A stretch of 41,441 nt of DNA. Origin: Bacteroidales bacterium. GTDB taxonomy: Bacteria; Bacteroidota; Bacteroidia; Bacteroidales; JAGOPY01. The stretch is from positions 1 to 41,441 of the forward strand of contig DAOWEV010000210.1 in the NCBI GenBank assembly GCA_030638325.1, in the 5' to 3' direction. Shown one piece after another: positions 37,055-41,441 of this stretch. Position 1 is the first letter of the stretch, and each line of letters opens with the position of its first letter. The notes under the pieces were generated by a model. It was not told where the DNA came from. It ran no database searches and saw nothing but the letters and a program-made list of their open reading frames with translations. The translations under genes and the position numbers were made by a program.

Positions 37055-38236
37055 ATGTATCCGAAGATAAGTGACTTCATAAATGACGTTTTCGGCACGG
37101 ATATCCATCTGCCTGTGCAGACTTACGGGTTTTTCCTGGCATGGGCCTTTATAATTGCCGGTTCGCTGGCTTATCTTGAGCTTAAAAGAAAAGAGAAAGA
37201 TGGGTTGATCTCAGCCAGGGAAAGAACTGTTATCAAAGGCAGGCCGGCCTCATGGCAAGAACTTCTAATCACCGGGATTATCAGCTTTATCGTAGGGTAT
37301 AAAATGGCAGGTATCGTTTTGGAATACGATATTTTCAGTACCGATCCACAGGCCTATATATTTTCAAGCCAGGGAAGCTGGATTGCAGGAGTGATCCTGG
37401 CAGCCATATTCGTTTATCTCAAATACAGAAACAAGCAGAAACAAAAGCTGGCAAAGCCCATAACTGTCCGGGAAACTGTGCATCCTTACCAGCTTACAGG
37501 CAATATCATACTGGTGGCTGCCGTGGCAGGGATCATTGGCTCTAAGATCTTTGAAGTGGCTGAGCACCCGGATGACCTGATCAGGGATCCCATGGGTACC
37601 TTGTTTTCTTTCAGTGGCCTGACTTTTTACGGGGGCTTGATCGTGGCGGCTTTTGCCGTGTGCTTTTATGCAGAAAAGAACGGCATTCGCTGGCCGGTCA
37701 TAGCTGACATAGTGGCTCCTTCACTGATGATCGCTTACGGTACCGGCCGTATTGGCTGCCAGGTATCCGGAGATGGCTGCTGGGGTATTGTAAACACCCA
37801 CCCGAAACCGGAATGGATGGGTTTCCTGCCCGACTGGATGTGGGCCTACAATTACCCGCATAATGTCATCAACGAAGGAATCCCGATAGCAGATTGCCAT
37901 GGAGCCCATTGTTTTATCCTGGATCAGCCCGTATTCCCCACACCCTTCTATGAAACAGTAATTGCGATTATCTTCTTCACTGTCCTCTGGAGCATCCGTA
38001 AACGAATCATGATACCCGGGATGTTATTCGCTATTTACCTTATCCTGAATGGAATAGCGAGGTTCTTCATAGAAAAGATCAGGGTCAATATACGTTATGA
38101 TGTCGCCGGTATCAAAGCAACCCAGGCAGGGTTCATCGCAATTATGCTTGTGCTTGCCGGGATCGCCGGTATATTCTATTTCAGATACCGGTATAGAAAA
38201 GCATACACAAATAAGAACCCCGGCCATGGATCTTGA
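37055..38236 (+). CDS. lgt: Prolipoprotein diacylglyceryl transferase (long Bacteroidota form)
   Basis: Motifs TYGFF, GLTFYGGL, GRIGCQVSGDG, PTPFYE and RFFIEKIR. Confidence 0.9.
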   Translation: MYPKISDFINDVFGTDIHLPVQTYGFFLAWAFIIAGSLAYLELKRKEKDGLISARERTVIKGRPASWQELLITGIISFIVGYKMAGIVLEYDIFSTDPQAYIFSSQGSWIAGVILAAIFVYLKYRNKQKQKLAKPITVRETVHPYQLTGNIILVAAVAGIIGSKIFEVAEHPDDLIRDPMGTLFSFSGLTFYGGLIVAAFAVCFYAEKNGIRWPVIADIVAPSLMIAYGTGRIGCQVSGDGCWGIVNTHPKPEWMGFLPDWMWAYNYPHNVINEGIPIADCHGAHCFILDQPVFPTPFYETVIAIIFFTVLWSIRKRIMIPGMLFAIYLILNGIARFFIEKIRVNIRYDVAGIKATQAGFIAIMLVLAGIAGIFYFRYRYRKAYTNKNPGHGS

Positions 38237-39014
38237 ACTACTTACCAACCAGGTTTGCACCCTTTGCAGAGGCACCGGCCAGTTTATTCAGGAGGAAGCC
38301 AGGAAGATCTCTCCCCAGGATATTGAAGAAAAAAGCAGGCACAATTTTGTCACTTATGTTGATAAGGTAGCAGAGGAGAGATTGATAGCCAAACTTTCGA
38401 AAGCCATTCCCGAGGCCGGTTTCATAGCTGAAGAGGGCACCAGTACAATGACAAGCCGGGATGTCAACTGGATCATTGACCCGCTTGACGGCACCACCAA
38501 TTTTATTCATGCCGTGCCCATATATTCCATCAGTATTGCACTCAGATACCATGATGAGATCATACTGGGGGTTGTTTACGAAATTAACCTGAAAGAGTGC
38601 TTTTATAGCTGGAAAAACAGTCCGGCCTTTCTGAACGGGCAAAAGATACATGTATCGAAGGCGAATGGTTTGAACGATTCCCTTTTGGCCACGGGATTTC
38701 CATACGATGACCGGGGAAAAACAGGTAAATACCTGGAGCTGTTCAGGCAGCTATTACTTAACAGCCGGGGCATTCGCAGGCTGGGCTCGGCTGCTGTTGA
38801 CCTGGCTTATGTGGCCTGTGGCCGCTTCGACGGATTCTATGAATACGGACTGAACCCCTGGGATGTGGCTGCCGGTGCCTTTATCGTTCAACAAGCCGGT
38901 GGACAGGTAACAGATTTCAGCGGAGGAGATAATTTTTTGCATGGTAAGCAGTTAATATCCAGTAACGGACTTATCCATCAGGAGATGCTGGATATCCTGT
39001 CGAATTACTTTTAG
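38226..39014 (+). CDS. suhB: Inositol monophosphatase family protein (start corrected to ATG 38226; overlaps the lgt end by 11 nt)
   Basis: Motifs FVTYVD, AEEG, WIIDPLDGTTNF, RRLGSAAVDL and WDVAAG. Confidence 0.92.
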   Translation: MDLELLTNQVCTLCRGTGQFIQEEARKISPQDIEEKSRHNFVTYVDKVAEERLIAKLSKAIPEAGFIAEEGTSTMTSRDVNWIIDPLDGTTNFIHAVPIYSISIALRYHDEIILGVVYEINLKECFYSWKNSPAFLNGQKIHVSKANGLNDSLLATGFPYDDRGKTGKYLELFRQLLLNSRGIRRLGSAAVDLAYVACGRFDGFYEYGLNPWDVAAGAFIVQQAGGQVTDFSGGDNFLHGKQLISSNGLIHQEMLDILSNYF

Positions 39015-39035
39015 GAGTCGTGAAAATTGCTTTAT

Positions 39036-39112
39036 CAGGATACAGAATACAGGTTGCAGGTTACAGGTTGCAGGTTACAGGTTGCAGGTTACAGGTTGCA
39101 GGTTGCAGGTTG
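39036..39112 (+). repeat. CAGGTT(G/A) heptamer x11 with 14-nt alternation
   Basis: Eleven contiguous in-phase units, the first two variant. Confidence 0.93.
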
Positions 39113-39177
39113 AGTGAAGTTAAACCCCGTAGGGACACTAATCATATAAATTAACCATTGAAAGTAAAAAACTAAAG

Positions 39178-40539
39178 ATGATGAAAGGCCTTTTAATTAT
39201 ATTGTTTATCATAGCTTCCTTCTGGAATTATTCGGGCGGGCAGGATACAGATGATTCCATGAAGAAAGTCAGGATCTATAAATTCGATATCAAGAAGGAG
39301 ATCGCTCCGCCGGTATGGCATTCCACCAAACTGGCCTTTGCAGAAGCCGAAGCTATGGATGCCGACATCGTGCTCCTCCACCTCAACACCTATGGCGGGA
39401 TGCTCGAGTCGGCCGATTCCATCCGGAACCGGATATTGGAATCGGAAATACCGGTATATGTTTTCATCGATCACAATGCTGCTTCTGCGGGTGCCCTGAT
39501 ATCGATCGCCTGCGACAGCATTTACATGGTTCCCGGGGCAACCATCGGGGCGGCGACAGTCGTGGATCAAAAGGGGGAAGTGGTACCTGACAAATACCAA
39601 TCATACATGCGTGCCATGATGCGTTCCACCGCCGAGGCTACCGGCCGTGATCCTGACATAGCCCAGGCTATGGTAGACCCCAGGATAAAGATCGAAGGCA
39701 TCGTCGATTCCGTGAGTGTGTTGACTTTTACTTCCAGCGAGGCGCATCAGCATGGTTACTGCGAAGCTATTTTAAATAATATTCCGGAACTCCTGGAACA
39801 TGCGGGTATTGAAGATTATGAGATCACCGAACAGGAACTGAGCCCACTTGATAAGATCATCAGCTTTCTCATTCATCCCATGGTGAGTGGCTTGCTGATC
39901 ATGGTCATTGTGGGCGGAATATATTTTGAGCTTCAGTCGCCTGGTGTAGGGTTTCCGTTGGGCGCTGCCATCGTGGCTGCGATCATCTATTTTGCACCAT
40001 TGTACCTGGAAGGAATGGCAGATCACTGGGAGATAGTCATGTTTGTTGTGGGTGTGATCCTGATAGCTGTTGAGATCTTCGCCATACCCGGCTTCGGGAT
40101 TGCCGGGGTCAGCGGTATTCTCCTGATCGTTCTCGGACTAACGCTCAGTTTGATCGGGAATGTCGGGTTTGATTTCACAGGCATCAACGCGACTGCAATC
40201 TTTTCTTCATTTTTTCTCGTGATAACGTCAATTTTCCTGGCCATGATACTGTCATACTTTATCACCAGAACCATGTTCACCGAAAACTTTCTTTTCAAGT
40301 CGCTGGCACTGAATACCGTACAAAATTCCGAAGAAGGATACTCGGCCTCATTCCAGGCGTATAAAAATATGATCGGCAAGCAGGGCGAGGCCTTCACTAT
40401 GCTAAGGCCTGCCGGCAAGGTCATCATAGAAGGAAACGTTTACGATGCAACAGTCCTGTCGGGCTTTGTCGAAAAAGGGGACCGGATCGAGGTCGTAAAA
40501 TATGAAACCTCACAATTGTTTGTCCGGAAAATAACCTAA
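39178..40539 (+). CDS. NfeD-family membrane-bound serine protease (ClpP-like domain, TM segments and OB-fold)
   Basis: Motifs LNTYGG, AASAGALIS, GATIGAA, EIFAIPGFG and the C-terminal G.A.T.LRPAGKV..YDA. Confidence 0.9.
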   Translation: MMKGLLIILFIIASFWNYSGGQDTDDSMKKVRIYKFDIKKEIAPPVWHSTKLAFAEAEAMDADIVLLHLNTYGGMLESADSIRNRILESEIPVYVFIDHNAASAGALISIACDSIYMVPGATIGAATVVDQKGEVVPDKYQSYMRAMMRSTAEATGRDPDIAQAMVDPRIKIEGIVDSVSVLTFTSSEAHQHGYCEAILNNIPELLEHAGIEDYEITEQELSPLDKIISFLIHPMVSGLLIMVIVGGIYFELQSPGVGFPLGAAIVAAIIYFAPLYLEGMADHWEIVMFVVGVILIAVEIFAIPGFGIAGVSGILLIVLGLTLSLIGNVGFDFTGINATAIFSSFFLVITSIFLAMILSYFITRTMFTENFLFKSLALNTVQNSEEGYSASFQAYKNMIGKQGEAFTMLRPAGKVIIEGNVYDATVLSGFVEKGDRIEVVKYETSQLFVRKIT

Positions 40540-40589
40540 CCCGGATAAACCGGAATTTTGAATTTTAAATTATAAATTTTAAATGTTTT
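40535..40589 (+). repeat. Anchor CCTAACCCGGATAAACCGG plus AATTTTA array (copy 2), containing the nfeD stop codon
   Basis: 52 of 55 nt identical to 10120-10174. Confidence 0.9.
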
Positions 40590-40749
40590 GCCAAAAAATG
40601 ACAAGATATTTTTTTTAAGTCGCTAAAATGTTAAATTCACAAATTGATCTATTGCGAAGCCAAAAGTAAAATTGCTCTGGCCCTCCGGTCTTCGGACTTC
40701 CGACTTGCTCTTTAGGACGATAGGAATTAATCAGGATAAAACCATCAAC

Positions 40750-41259
40750 ATGAACAACCGTATTGAATTAATCCGGGGCGACATTACAAAACTGCAGGTA
40801 GATGCCATTGTGAATGCTGCCAACTCCAGCCTGCTGGGGGGCGGTGGTGTGGATGGGGCCATTCACAGGGCCGCCGGACCGGAGCTCGTGGCAGAATGCC
40901 GGGCGCTCCACGGATGTGCTACCGGAGAAGCAAAGATCACCAAAGGATATAAGTTACCGGCCAAATATGTAATACATACCGTTGGCCCGGTTTTCGGCAG
41001 AAATCCTTCCCGCCAGGAAGAGCAGTTGAAGGGGTGCTATTACAACAGCCTGAAGCTGGCTGTCGAAAACAATTGCAAGACCATAGCATTCCCAAATATC
41101 AGCACCGGGGCCTACGGTTATCCGAAATCAGAAGCTGCCATGATTGCAGTCAATGCTGCCAAGGCTTTTCCGGACAATAACAACTCTATTGAAAAGGTCA
41201 TTTTTGTTTGTTTTGATGATGAAAACTATGCAATCTATAAGAAGCTGTTAAACAGCTAA
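40750..41259 (+). CDS. ymdB: Macrodomain O-acetyl-ADP-ribose deacetylase (start corrected to ATG 40750)
   Basis: Motifs GDIT, AIVNAANSSLLGGGGVDGAIHRAAG, VIHTVGP and AFPNISTGAYGYP. Confidence 0.93.
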   Translation: MNNRIELIRGDITKLQVDAIVNAANSSLLGGGGVDGAIHRAAGPELVAECRALHGCATGEAKITKGYKLPAKYVIHTVGPVFGRNPSRQEEQLKGCYYNSLKLAVENNCKTIAFPNISTGAYGYPKSEAAMIAVNAAKAFPDNNNSIEKVIFVCFDDENYAIYKKLLNS

Positions 41260-41360
41260 GCCACAAACTGACATTGTGTCTTATTAATGATGCAGAATGG
41301 CAGGGACAGCTGCAACCAACAATCCCAACCTCCTCCGACATTACGGAATTTCACTTCCTT

Positions 41361-41441
41361 CAACCTGCAACCTGATAACTGTTTCCTGATAACTGTTTCC
41401 TGATAACTGTTTCCTGATAACTGTTTCCTGATAACTGTTTC
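41361..41441 (+). repeat. CAACCTG x2 running into five perfect copies of the 14-mer CCTGATAACTGTTT (truncated by the window end)
   Basis: Units at 41371, 41385, 41399, 41413 and 41427. Confidence 0.95.

Noticed and set aside
38097-38225. N-terminal extension of suhB in the ORF track
   Set aside because: It overlaps lgt in another frame; family similarity begins at ATG 38226.
40672-40749. N-terminal extension of ymdB in the ORF track
   Set aside because: It runs through a CTTCGGA repeat; the macrodomain starts at ATG 40750 after an A-rich leader.
41371-41441. Possible CRISPR array
   Set aside because: The 14-nt units are contiguous with no spacers, too short for CRISPR repeats, and no cas genes are in the window.

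Overview
Bacteroidota (Bacteroidales-like) chromosomal window, judged from TAnnTTTG -7 promoter boxes, gene families and a T9SS/FlgD-type C-terminal domain. It holds about 27 intact, mostly housekeeping or envelope CDSs: Sua5/YciO, TylF-ugd-uxs-rfbD-pgm, feoAB, alpha-2-macroglobulin-pbpC, recA, nth, an ECF sigma, uvrA, rlmB, a C1A protease, a GWxTD protein, TonB, lgt-suhB, nfeD and ymdB. It also holds SRP RNA and tRNA-Lys(TTT). Four broken genes are missed or split by the ORF track: a FISUMP gene with one TGG>TAG, an internally deleted IS200/RAYT-type transposase, a GxxExxY tail inside inverted repeats, and a bcp tail upstream of recA. The most unusual signal is intergenic: most spacers carry degenerate 7-nt (sometimes 8, 9 or 14-nt) tandem arrays from about 10 families sharing an N-R-R-T-T-R-N skeleton. 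The arrays are oriented with transcription, often start in phase with the upstream stop codon, and several families have their own conserved non-repetitive anchor that recurs at distant loci. This suggests an organised anchor-plus-array element system rather than random microsatellites, but mechanism and function are inference only.
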